Of a DNA stretch of 51,682 nucleotides, positions 18,464 to 26,927 are shown piece by piece (position 1 is the stretch's first letter; every line of letters begins with the position of its first letter). Both the position numbers and the translations under genes were made by a program. The notes beneath the pieces were generated by a model. The model was not told the origin of the DNA. It searched no databases and saw only the letters and a list, made by a program, of their open reading frames with translations. The stretch is from Nitrospiraceae bacterium (GTDB lineage: Bacteria; Nitrospirota; Nitrospiria; Nitrospirales; Nitrospiraceae): NCBI GenBank assembly GCA_023248355.1, contig JAHFES010000004.1:1-51682 (forward strand), written 5' to 3'.

Positions 18464-18583
18464 CGGATGCTCAAAAAGTTCGCCAGCAAGGCCGCAACGA
18501 GCGAAACCCCGAGGCGTACATTCCTAGTACGTCGAGGGGGAGAGCGATGTGAGAACGACGCTGGAGAGCTTTTTCAGCATCCG
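18464..18583. repeat. ~120-bp palindromic intergenic element, copy 1
   Basis: Terminal IR CGGATGCTCAAAAAG / CTTTTTCAGCATCCG with internal stems; homologous to 51158-51280. Confidence 0.8.
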
Positions 18584-18593
18584 CAGAAACAGA

Positions 18594-18629
18594 ACGGGCG
18601 ACCTTGCACTACGGTGGGAGGTCGCCCGT
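18594..18629 (-). terminator. intrinsic terminator-like hairpin
   Basis: ACGGGCGACCT...AGGTCGCCCGT stem followed by TCTGTTTC on the minus strand. Confidence 0.6.
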
Positions 18630-19359
18630 GAGTGGCGCTTAGGACGCCGATATGTTGTTCGTGCTGTCGCGGCCCGTAAGACCCGCGCGAAGCAAGATTT
18701 CGTATACTTCCAGTCGGGGGAGATGTCGTCAACCCCGGGTGCCTGTGTTCCTCGTGCGACGTCGAGTTCTCCGTACTAAATCAGGCCAATATCCAGTTGG
18801 TCTGTTGTGCCCTGAGGGCACGGCCAGCAGAGAACCGGCTAGCACGACCGACGAGAAGTCCACCCTTGCATCGGTGGGCCCGACGGACCAGGTGGAGTCG
18901 AGTCGTTCATATCCACACCCTCCTCTCTTAGTGAAGTCACCGAGAGACCTGGATAGCAGCCGCGCGGTCTGCCCGATCTCCCGCACTTCCGTGAATCATG
19001 GGCCGCAACTCTCTCCTACGCCCATTAGAAAAATGTGTCAATGGGGGATCGTGAATTTAATCTTCGACGCTTGAAAGCATAACACATGCCGGACAGCATC
19101 TGACGACAACAAAGCGACAGGACCGAAACAGGGTAAGCCGGCACGTCCCATTTCCCGTAGGAATAAGTGGACGAGGTTGGGTATTACCCTATTCAATACT
19201 TGTGACTGGATCAAGATCCCGGTAGGACAACAGGGGAAGCCCCCTCGTGAGCCCGCTCCGATGCTTGTTCAGCCTTTCTCTCTCTTCGCAAATGCCGCTT
19301 GCCCTTGCCGGTGAATGCCAGGGACAAGGACAAAACATCGGTGAGCACGGCGGAGCCCG

Positions 19360-20178
19360 CTAGACGATCTTCAGCTTGGCAAAATCCACGCCTTCCGGCG
19401 ATGGAGGCGTCTTGAGCTTCATCTCCTCCAAGGCGTTGACGATGCAGTCGGCGACGAGCAAATTCCTGTACCACTTCCGATTCGCCGGAACCACATACCA
19501 GGGCGCATGCTCCGTGCTGGTCGCCGAGATGACATCCTCGAACGCCTTCATATAGTCACCCCAGAGTTTCCGCTCTTCCACATCACCGGAGTTCCACTTC
19601 CATCGCTTCTCGGGATCATGAATGCGGCTCTCAAGCCGCTCTTTCTGCTCGTCTTTCGAGATATGGAGAAAAAACTTCACGATAGTCGTCCCATTCTCGT
19701 ACAAGAGCTCCTCAAATTCCTTGATCTGGTTGAACCGCTGCTTCGCGACCTTATCTGTGACCCATCCATGCACCCTCGTGATCAAGACATCTTCATAATG
19801 TGAGCGATTGAAGATGCCGATGTAGCCCTTCGGTGGAGCCTCGCGGTGCACTCGCCACAAAAAGTCATGCGCCAGCTCGTCCTTGGACGGGATCTTGAAC
19901 GCTACGACTTTGCACCCTTGCGGATTGACCCCGGACATGACGTGTTTGATTGTCCCGTCCTTGCCGCTCGTATCCATCCCCTGCAGCACTACAAGCACCG
20001 ACCGTTCGCCATTCGCATAGAGCCGTTCCTGGAGTTCGCCGAGCCTACCGATCAATCCTGTTGCGACGGCTTTGGCTTTCTCTTTTCCCTGATCGGTCTT
20101 CTTGTAGTCCCCGGTGTCATCAGGATCCATTTTACCCAGCTGAACCGCAGCACCCTGTTTGACCCGATATTGTTTCAT
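19360..20178 (-). CDS. ppk2: polyphosphate kinase 2 family (polyP:nucleotide phosphotransferase, class III-like)
   Basis: LQGMDTSGKDG, HDFLWR, IFNRSHYEDVL, KFFLHISKDEQ, APWYVVPANRKW; start ATG 20178. Confidence 0.93.
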   Translation of the reverse strand: MKQYRVKQGAAVQLGKMDPDDTGDYKKTDQGKEKAKAVATGLIGRLGELQERLYANGERSVLVVLQGMDTSGKDGTIKHVMSGVNPQGCKVVAFKIPSKDELAHDFLWRVHREAPPKGYIGIFNRSHYEDVLITRVHGWVTDKVAKQRFNQIKEFEELLYENGTTIVKFFLHISKDEQKERLESRIHDPEKRWKWNSGDVEERKLWGDYMKAFEDVISATSTEHAPWYVVPANRKWYRNLLVADCIVNALEEMKLKTPPSPEGVDFAKLKIV

Positions 20179-20384
20179 GGCCAGTGCCTCCTGCTGATGT
20201 AGATTCCCTTCGCAACTCCACGGGTGCCAGGAATCTCTAAGACATTTCTCCCAAGCATGCAAGCACTGCTGGCCTCCTCGACATTTACCGGCAAAGCTAC
20301 AGAACTCTTCGATGGTCATTTGACCCCTTGACTCATTTGCAAGAAAAGCCAAGAATATGAAAACTTCTGACTTGGAGGTGGGCG

Positions 20385-21437
20385 ATGGCTGTCGATCAAG
20401 ACAAGTTGAACTCGTTCATGGGCAAAGCGGTCGGTGACATCGGTGCAGCCATGAGTGCGAACATGGTGCTCCTAGGCGATAAACTTGGCTTGTACAAAGC
20501 CATGGCAAAGCTGGGAGCGATAACTCCGGCAGAACTCGCCAAGGCGACGAAGACGACTGAACGGTATGTTCGTGAGTGGCTCGGCAATCAGGCCGCGGGC
20601 GGTTACGTCACCTATGACCCGGGAACCGGCCGCTATACACTGCCCGAGGAACAAGCGATGGCGCTCGCCGATGAAGGCAGCCCTTGTTTTCTTCCCGGCG
20701 CGTTTCAAGTGATCGCCGCGACCTTCTCGGCCAACCCCAAAATTGAACAACGGTTCAAAACCGGCAAAGGCCTCGGCTGGGATCAACATGATCATCGGTT
20801 GTTTGAAGGAACTGAACGGTTCTTTCGCCCGAACTATCTCGGCAACCTCGTGTCCAACTGGATTCCGGCGTTGGATGGAGTGGCGGCAAAACTGAACAGA
20901 GGCTCGCTGGTCGCGGATGTCGGCTGTGGGTTCGGCGCCTCAACTATTCTGATGGCCAAGGCTTTCCCGAACTCGACCTTCAGGGGATTCGACTACCACA
21001 AACCGTCGATCAAAGCCGCGCGCAAACGGGCGAAGGACGCGGGAGTCAAGAATGTGACGTTTGAAGCGGCCAAGTCGACGAACTATCCCGGCAAAGGCTA
21101 CGCGCTCGTGGCCCACTTCGACTGTCTGCATGATATGGGCGATCCGGTCGGCGCTGCGAAGCACGTGAAAAAAACGCTCGCCCCTGACGGCACCTGGATG
21201 ATCGTGGAGCCGTTTGCCGGAGATCGGGTGGAGGACAATCTCAACCCCGTTGGCCGTGTCTTTTACGCCGCCTCGACCATGATCTGTGTCCCTGCCTCGC
21301 TGGCCTACAAGGGACCTGCGCTGGGCGCACAAGCAGGGGAAGCGCGGCTGCGGGATGTCGTCATGAAGGGCGGCTTTACCCGTTTCCGCCGCGCGACGCA
21401 GACACCTTTCAATCTCGTGTTGGAAGCCAGAGCCTAA
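20385..21437 (+). CDS. class I SAM-dependent methyltransferase with N-terminal wHTH (Rv2258c-like)
   Basis: GDKLGLYKAM, ERYVREWL, VADVGCGFG, FDCLHDMGDP; SD GGAGGTG. Confidence 0.92.
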   Translation: MAVDQDKLNSFMGKAVGDIGAAMSANMVLLGDKLGLYKAMAKLGAITPAELAKATKTTERYVREWLGNQAAGGYVTYDPGTGRYTLPEEQAMALADEGSPCFLPGAFQVIAATFSANPKIEQRFKTGKGLGWDQHDHRLFEGTERFFRPNYLGNLVSNWIPALDGVAAKLNRGSLVADVGCGFGASTILMAKAFPNSTFRGFDYHKPSIKAARKRAKDAGVKNVTFEAAKSTNYPGKGYALVAHFDCLHDMGDPVGAAKHVKKTLAPDGTWMIVEPFAGDRVEDNLNPVGRVFYAASTMICVPASLAYKGPALGAQAGEARLRDVVMKGGFTRFRRATQTPFNLVLEARA

Positions 21438-21455
21438 CAAGTCAGAACAGAGGTT

Positions 21456-21690
21456 CTAGCCACGGCCATCCGAACCCGTGGTCATTGTACTTCTTGCCTG
21501 GGCCATCATGCTTGTCACAGGCGAAACCTCTGGGATTCAAACTCTCTTTCGGCGCACGCTCACCTTCCCGTACTCTCAGGCGTGGCTACCGGCCTCTTGT
21601 AGTTCTGCTACTTCCAAGCCCTCCAGACCCGGGCTCGCGTTGATCTTTCTGGGAGAACCGCTCCAGGCTAAGGTCTTGGCGTGGTAGGGT
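21456..21690 (+). pseudogene. EamA/DMT transporter remnant
   Basis: Fragments in shifting frames: LATAIRT / VVIVLLAWAI / LSGVATGLL*FCYFQALQ / LIFLGEPL. Confidence 0.6.
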
Positions 21691-21805
21691 GAAGAAGTTT
21701 CCTTCAGATAGATATTTCCCTCCATTGCTGTTGACCCGCTCGCCTAGACAACCTATCTTTATTGAAAATGTTCTCGATATTCATCCTCACCTATAGAAAG
21801 GACTC

Positions 21806-22294
21806 ATGATGATCAAAGAAGTCACGGGAGACATCCTGCTCTCGAAAGCTGGGGCGATCGCCCATGGAATCGCCCCTCACGACGATTTCAAGCAAGGTTT
21901 AGCGCTTGCTCTACGAGAACAATGGCCCGCCATGTACAAAGACTTTCGCCATTATTGTCAGACCTACAATCCCAAGCCAGGAAGCCTGTGGAGCTGGAAA
22001 GGATCGGGCTCACCCGTCATCATCAACCTGTTCACACAAGAACCGCCGGACAGTCATCAGAGCAGACCGGGGAAGGCCACCGTGCCCAATATCAATCGCG
22101 TGCTTCAGGCCTTGAAGAAAGAAGCCCAAGAGCAACACGTCACGAGCCTCGCCTTGCCGCGGCTCGCCACAGGAGTTGGAGCATTAAGCTGGGATGAGGT
22201 GAAGCCCCTGATCCAAGATACCCTCAAGGATATCGGGATTCCGGTGTACGTGTATACGACCTACAAAAAAGGGGCACCCGCACAAGAAGGGTGA
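21806..22294 (+). CDS. macrodomain protein (TARG1/DarG-like)
   Basis: GDILLS, AIAHG, GLALAL, IINLFTQ, SLALPRLATGVGALSWDEV; SD AAAGGA; TTGACC-17-TATCTT promoter at 21731-21759. Confidence 0.88.
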   Translation: MMIKEVTGDILLSKAGAIAHGIAPHDDFKQGLALALREQWPAMYKDFRHYCQTYNPKPGSLWSWKGSGSPVIINLFTQEPPDSHQSRPGKATVPNINRVLQALKKEAQEQHVTSLALPRLATGVGALSWDEVKPLIQDTLKDIGIPVYVYTTYKKGAPAQEG

Positions 22295-22314
22295 GTCGTC
22301 ACAAAGCCCTTGAT

Positions 22315-22360
22315 ACACTGATGCCGCTCGGGACAGTACAGTCCTGAGCGGCATCAGTGT
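22315..22360. terminator. long hairpin between convergent macrodomain gene and ssrA
   Basis: ACACTGATGCCGCTCGGGAC / GTCCTGAGCGGCATCAGTGT inverted repeat. Confidence 0.7.
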
Positions 22361-22361
22361 T

Positions 22362-22709
22362 TGGTGGAGGCGCCGGGAGTTGAACCCGGGTCCGAAGATC
22401 GTCAACGCACCGGATCTACATGTGTAGCCGACAGTTTAAGTTTCGCAGCCACCCACGCCCATCGGCTGGCTTAGAATGGCCACTAGCCCAGAATTGTCTC
22501 GTCCGCGGCCGCTGAGCACCAGCCTTGGACCAGCCCGCTGCATCGCGCGCTTCCACCCCCGCGGGCATCAGATGGAAGAACGTCGCAGTTAGTTAAGCTG
22601 CGAGTGCCAGTTCTTGATTGGCAGTTGCATTTTCCCAGAGTTTTACGAGTCCCTGAGAGCTCGACATGCACCGATGGTATCAGTATCCCCGTCGAAACCG
22701 GTCGCCCCC
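22362..22709 (-). ncRNA. ssrA: tmRNA; tag peptide (A)ANQELALAA
   Basis: 5' GGGGGCGACCGGTTTCGACGGGG; 3' T-arm GGTTCAACTCCCGGCGCCTCCACCA; tag ORF GCC AAT CAA GAA CTG GCA CTC GCA GCT TAA at 22622-22593. Confidence 0.96.
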
Positions 22710-22860
22710 TTTCCTTAAGATCGTGAAGCGTCAACCGTCACTCGTGAAGCGCAAGCCTCCTTCGAGGGACGTTTTAATTAGATACTCATGATACAGCACA
22801 GATCAAGGGGATACCAGTGATCGTCGACTCTCTGAAGTCGCGATGGATCTCGCGAGAAAG

Positions 22861-24507
22861 TTACGCGCTTTTGAAGCGGGTGACTTTGGCGAAGAGTATC
22901 GCGGCGATCGGAAGCGCGAGCCCCAGAACCAACTGCACAATGAGGAGCGAGCCGAGCTGGCTGTAGTCAGCGGGCATTTGGATGGCGCCGGAGGCCTGGT
23001 CGTGCACTTCACGGGTGACGACATAGATTTCGTTCAAGTATTTGGTACCGAGTTGGCTCAGCGACAAGGCCAGATTCGTAAACGACGCCATCACGGCAAA
23101 GAACGTCGCTTTCAAGTTGGCGGGTGCGGAGTTCGCAATCCAGGCCAGCATGGGAATCATAGAAATCTGACCGAGCGGCGATTCCAACGCCGTATCGATC
23201 AAGGCAATGAACCGCGCATCCACAACCCCACCAGTCAGCTTAGCCGTCCATTCGTGTAGGCCGTAGAACATGCTCACAATCGGAAGGGAGAGAATGGTCC
23301 CGATCACCGTGAGAAATCCGACGACATAGGCGATGGACCGCTCGGCCATGAACCGGCGAAACACGAACATGCCAGCCAGGGTCAAGGTGCTGCCGATCAG
23401 CGAGAGGACGGAAAGAAACTGTTGATCGAACTTTAGCTGGTCGATCATCCACCAAGTCGTGCCTGGGCCGGTTCCGGGAATCGCGCGGAAGATGAAGACC
23501 ACAACCGCTGTCCCGACCAGGGTGAATCGCTTATCTGGCTCCAACTCTCGCACCAGCCTCACCATGAGGAACAGCACGATCGACATCGAGCCGACAAAGA
23601 CAATCTCCTCGCTATAGGGAAAGCCGCCGAACCCGACGGTCAGTGTGAACAACACAAAGGCGAGGCTCCCGCCCAAAATCCACCAATTGGGTGTCGTCGG
23701 TTCGCTTGATGCGTCACGCACATTCACCATCTGCTTAGCTTGTTCGCAAGAGAAGCCTTGCTGGAGGAGGCGACTCTTCTGTTGCCGTTGCAGCATCCAC
23801 GCCACCCCGACACCGAGGACCGAGACGAACGGGATGATCAGCGCCATCAAATACACCTGTTCGTACAGTCGGACAATCTCGGTCTGCGGAAGCCCCTCCA
23901 CCCCGGTGAAGACATACACGTTGATCATCGCGACCAGAATCCCGCCACCGACGATCGCCACGCGACCGAGCGTTTGCATCGTCGTATGCATGAGCTTGCG
24001 GGTCGGTTCGTCAAACGGCTGACCACGTTCATCCACACGCGGCACAGCCTCGACGGTCATTGCATCCGCCACGGCGTCCTGAATCACGTACCCGATTGGG
24101 GCGAGAAGCGCGCTCAACACAAACCAGACTTCGGCGGACAGAATAGCGGTCATCGCCTCGCGGTTGCCGATCAGCGCGGCCATGATGCCAAGACTCACCG
24201 CCAACAGGAGCGCGCCAAGGCCGACGAGCCAGCTTTTCCACCGCCACAAAAGATCGACCGTATGGCCGATCGGCATCTTCAGCGCCCAGGGAATACCGGC
24301 CCAGAATCCGAGCGCGGCAAGGAATGAGGCAGAGAGGCCTAAGTAGTCTTTGACGAAGAAGGTGCCGACGATGCCGGTGAGGCCGGAGATACCGTAGGCC
24401 ATGTAGACCATGAGCGGCGGCAAATAGGACAGCCGCATCTCCCGGCCCAACGAGAGAATATTGCGATCGATCCAGTTAAAGAGATTACTAGGCATGCAGC
24501 TGATCAT
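22861..24507 (-). CDS. MFS transporter, BT1/folate-biopterin-like
   Basis: IPWALKMPIGH.VD, IQDAVADAMTVE, KATFFAVMASFTNL; about 12 TM segments. Confidence 0.8.
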   Translation of the reverse strand: MISCMPSNLFNWIDRNILSLGREMRLSYLPPLMVYMAYGISGLTGIVGTFFVKDYLGLSASFLAALGFWAGIPWALKMPIGHTVDLLWRWKSWLVGLGALLLAVSLGIMAALIGNREAMTAILSAEVWFVLSALLAPIGYVIQDAVADAMTVEAVPRVDERGQPFDEPTRKLMHTTMQTLGRVAIVGGGILVAMINVYVFTGVEGLPQTEIVRLYEQVYLMALIIPFVSVLGVGVAWMLQRQQKSRLLQQGFSCEQAKQMVNVRDASSEPTTPNWWILGGSLAFVLFTLTVGFGGFPYSEEIVFVGSMSIVLFLMVRLVRELEPDKRFTLVGTAVVVFIFRAIPGTGPGTTWWMIDQLKFDQQFLSVLSLIGSTLTLAGMFVFRRFMAERSIAYVVGFLTVIGTILSLPIVSMFYGLHEWTAKLTGGVVDARFIALIDTALESPLGQISMIPMLAWIANSAPANLKATFFAVMASFTNLALSLSQLGTKYLNEIYVVTREVHDQASGAIQMPADYSQLGSLLIVQLVLGLALPIAAILFAKVTRFKSA

Positions 24508-24509
24508 GG

Positions 24510-24896
24510 TCAGGCGGAAATGATGGCATCTGCTTCGATTTCGATCAGCATGTCCGGATCGATCAAGCGCTTCACTTCAACTATCGTCGTCGCAGGCCGG
24601 ATGTTCCCGAAGATTTCACCATGTGCACGGCCGACTTCCTGCCACTGATCGATATTCACCATATAGATACGGGTCCTGACGACATCGTTGAGCGAAGCTC
24701 CGGCTTGCTTGAGGGCTGCTTCAATGGTCTTGAACGTTTGGATCGTCTGCGCATAGGGATCGTCCTTGCCGACGAGGCCGGACGGCGTCATCGCGGTCGA
24801 CCCAGAGACGTGCACAGATTGACCGACTCTCACTGCCCTCGAGTACCCGATCTTAGCTTCCCACGGACCACCAGTTGAAACATTCTGCCGTGCCAT
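24510..24896 (-). CDS. RidA/YjgF family protein
   Basis: WEAKIGYSRAVRVG, VSGST, DVVRTRIY, RPATTIVEV, IEIEADA. Confidence 0.93.
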   Translation of the reverse strand: MARQNVSTGGPWEAKIGYSRAVRVGQSVHVSGSTAMTPSGLVGKDDPYAQTIQTFKTIEAALKQAGASLNDVVRTRIYMVNIDQWQEVGRAHGEIFGNIRPATTIVEVKRLIDPDMLIEIEADAIISA

Positions 24897-24906
24897 TCGC
24901 TCCCTC

Positions 24907-25641
24907 CTACATCACTATGCCGCCGCCGGCGTGGATATTCTGTCCTGTCAGCCATCGCGCTTCGTCGCTCACGACAAATGCCACCACATCCGCAATATCT
25001 TTCGGCAAACCGAGTCGTTTGAAGGGCGACATCTGTATCCCAATCTGCCGATGCTGCTCCGTCAGCACTCCCGTGTCCGTAATACCCGGCGAGACCGTAT
25101 TCACGGTGATGCCTCGTGCGGCCAACTCATGAGCCAGCCCCTTCGTATATTGTTCCAGCGCCGCCTTGCTACCCAAGTGGGCTGTCGCACCAGGAAAATT
25201 CTGATGGGTTCCGTCTGTGGAAATATTCACGATCCGACCGCCATCCTTGAGGACCTTCACAGCTTCTTGCATTGCGAAGTATGGTCCCTTGGCGTGGAGG
25301 GCGATCACTTGATCGAACTCCGCTTCGGTGGTATCCACCATCAGCTTGGGCATGAACTTGCCTGCGTTGTTCACGAGAATATCCAATCGACCGAATTGCT
25401 TCACCGTGTCGATTACGAGGCGGCGGGCATCGGCAATTTGGCTCATGTCGGCTTGTACGGCGACCGCTTTCCCGCCCTTGCCTTGAATGCCCGTCACGAC
25501 CTGCTGCGCCTTCTCAGCACTTTTTGCATAGTTGACCACCACGATCGCCCCATCTTCAGCAAACCGCTCCGCAATGGCCCGACCGATTCCGCTTGATGCC
25601 CCGGTCACGATGGCTACTTTCCCACTGAGTGATGCCGTCAT
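24907..25641 (-). CDS. SDR family oxidoreductase (catalytic residues altered)
   Basis: VTGASSGIG, LDILVNNAG, VNTVSPG, WLTGQ; YxxxK reads HLGSK. Confidence 0.88.
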   Translation of the reverse strand: MTASLSGKVAIVTGASSGIGRAIAERFAEDGAIVVVNYAKSAEKAQQVVTGIQGKGGKAVAVQADMSQIADARRLVIDTVKQFGRLDILVNNAGKFMPKLMVDTTEAEFDQVIALHAKGPYFAMQEAVKVLKDGGRIVNISTDGTHQNFPGATAHLGSKAALEQYTKGLAHELAARGITVNTVSPGITDTGVLTEQHRQIGIQMSPFKRLGLPKDIADVVAFVVSDEARWLTGQNIHAGGGIVM

Positions 25642-26327
25642 GATTCCTCCCTTTGTTTCTTTCTCTTTTTGACATTCGAGCTTTGTGCCTCTGCCTTTGA
25701 CTGATCCGCCGCGCGCCAGAGATACCAGGCTGCGGCAGTTCGATGCGGCTTCCAGCGCTCACCGTACCGCATCACCGCTTTGGGCGTCGGCATCGTACGC
25801 CGATCGTAGGCAATGCGAAAGCCATTCCGAACGCCGAAGTCGTCAACCGGTAGCACATCGGGACGGCCCAATTGAAAGATCAACAGCATCTCGACCGTCC
25901 AACGCCCGATGCCTTTCACCACAATCAGCCGCTCAACTATCGCTTCATCATCGAGCGTCCTGACGATGCGGCTGGGCGGTACGGTTCCATCGATTGTCCT
26001 CGCAGCAAGGTCACGAAGGGCTTTGACCTTGGGCCGGGAGAAACCGGCCGATCTGATCGCCTCGGCGTTCAGCGACAGAAGCTCCTCAGGATTTGGAAAT
26101 CGACGACCGGGGAACAGCGCGATGAAGCGCTTCAAAATGCTCTCAGCAGCCTTTTCGTGGAGCTGCTGGTAGGCAATGGCCCGCGCCAATGATTCAAACG
26201 GGGACCGTCCGACGCGCGGCGACAATGTGCATGGCCCGATCTCGCGGATAAGCCTCCGCATGACCGGATCGACCTGTGCCAGATGTCGGGTTGCTGAGGA
26301 GGATTGAGTCACCGGTTCACCGGACAA
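25638..26327 (-). CDS. alkA: DNA-3-methyladenine glycosylase II (HhH-GPD family)
   Basis: FESLARAIAYQQL, VKGIGRWTVEMLLIF.LGRPDVLPVDD, W.PHRT.AAWYLW. Confidence 0.9.
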   Translation of the reverse strand: MSGEPVTQSSSATRHLAQVDPVMRRLIREIGPCTLSPRVGRSPFESLARAIAYQQLHEKAAESILKRFIALFPGRRFPNPEELLSLNAEAIRSAGFSRPKVKALRDLAARTIDGTVPPSRIVRTLDDEAIVERLIVVKGIGRWTVEMLLIFQLGRPDVLPVDDFGVRNGFRIAYDRRTMPTPKAVMRYGERWKPHRTAAAWYLWRAADQSKAEAQSSNVKKRKKQREES

Positions 26328-26919
26328 GAGGCAATGTTCGGCCCCACTGTGCCGAGAACAGAAAGTCGTTGACCGGCTGGCGCTCGCGAGGTTTGATTTC
26401 TCGCTCGCGCAGATAATCGGGAAGCACAGCGGGGTCGCCCGGGTACCCGACGGCGATCATCGCGACCGGATCGAAGCCCGGCGGGATCAGACAGTCCACA
26501 CGAGCCTTCTCGACATCGAAGCCGGCCATCTGATGAGCTACGAGTCCCAACGCAGTGGCTTGCAGCACGAGATTTTCCACCGCCATCCCCGTGTCATGAA
26601 AGGCATGCCGGTTCGGTTTTCCATCCTCTTCAAAGTGCAGGCTCGCAACGGACAGGATCAGCACCGGCGCACGGTAGGCCCACTTGCGATTGCCTTCCAA
26701 CAGGCACCCAAGGAGGCGGTCGAAATCCGCCTGGTTATTCTTGGTAGCGACGAGAAACCGCCAGGGCTGTTCATTGCTGGAAGAAGGCGCCCACCGTGCC
26801 GCCTCGAAGAGACTGCGGAGCATCGCGGCCTCGACCGGTTGTTCGGCAAACGCGCGCGGGCTCCAGCGTCGGGCGATCAGTTCGTGAATCGGGACATTCG
26901 TCGGAGCCGATTTTTCCAT
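26317..26919 (-). CDS. nitroreductase family protein
   Basis: RRWSPRAF, EAARWAPSSSNEQPWRF, DTGMA, HQMAGFD, IAVGYPG; ATG 26919. Confidence 0.93.
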   Translation of the reverse strand: MEKSAPTNVPIHELIARRWSPRAFAEQPVEAAMLRSLFEAARWAPSSSNEQPWRFLVATKNNQADFDRLLGCLLEGNRKWAYRAPVLILSVASLHFEEDGKPNRHAFHDTGMAVENLVLQATALGLVAHQMAGFDVEKARVDCLIPPGFDPVAMIAVGYPGDPAVLPDYLREREIKPRERQPVNDFLFSAQWGRTLPLVR

Positions 26920-26927
26920 GCGCGTGG

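Noticed and set aside
18464-18583. Palindromic element as an integron attC site
   Set aside because: It lacks clear RYYYAAC/GTTRRRY ends in copy 1, and there is no integrase or cassette array; kept as an unclassified element.
21761-21778. Fur-box-like ATTGAAAATGTTCTCGAT upstream of the macrodomain gene
   Set aside because: Spacing does not fit the 7-1-7 Fur box and the palindrome has two mismatches.
22362-22400. tRNA-like 3' end and possible prophage/island att site
   Set aside because: It is the tRNA-like domain of tmRNA; no duplicated 3' end or integrase was seen in the window.
22483-22734. 83-aa ORF and 22184-22405 ORF on the minus strand
   Set aside because: They overlap the tmRNA gene; only the 10-codon tag is translated.
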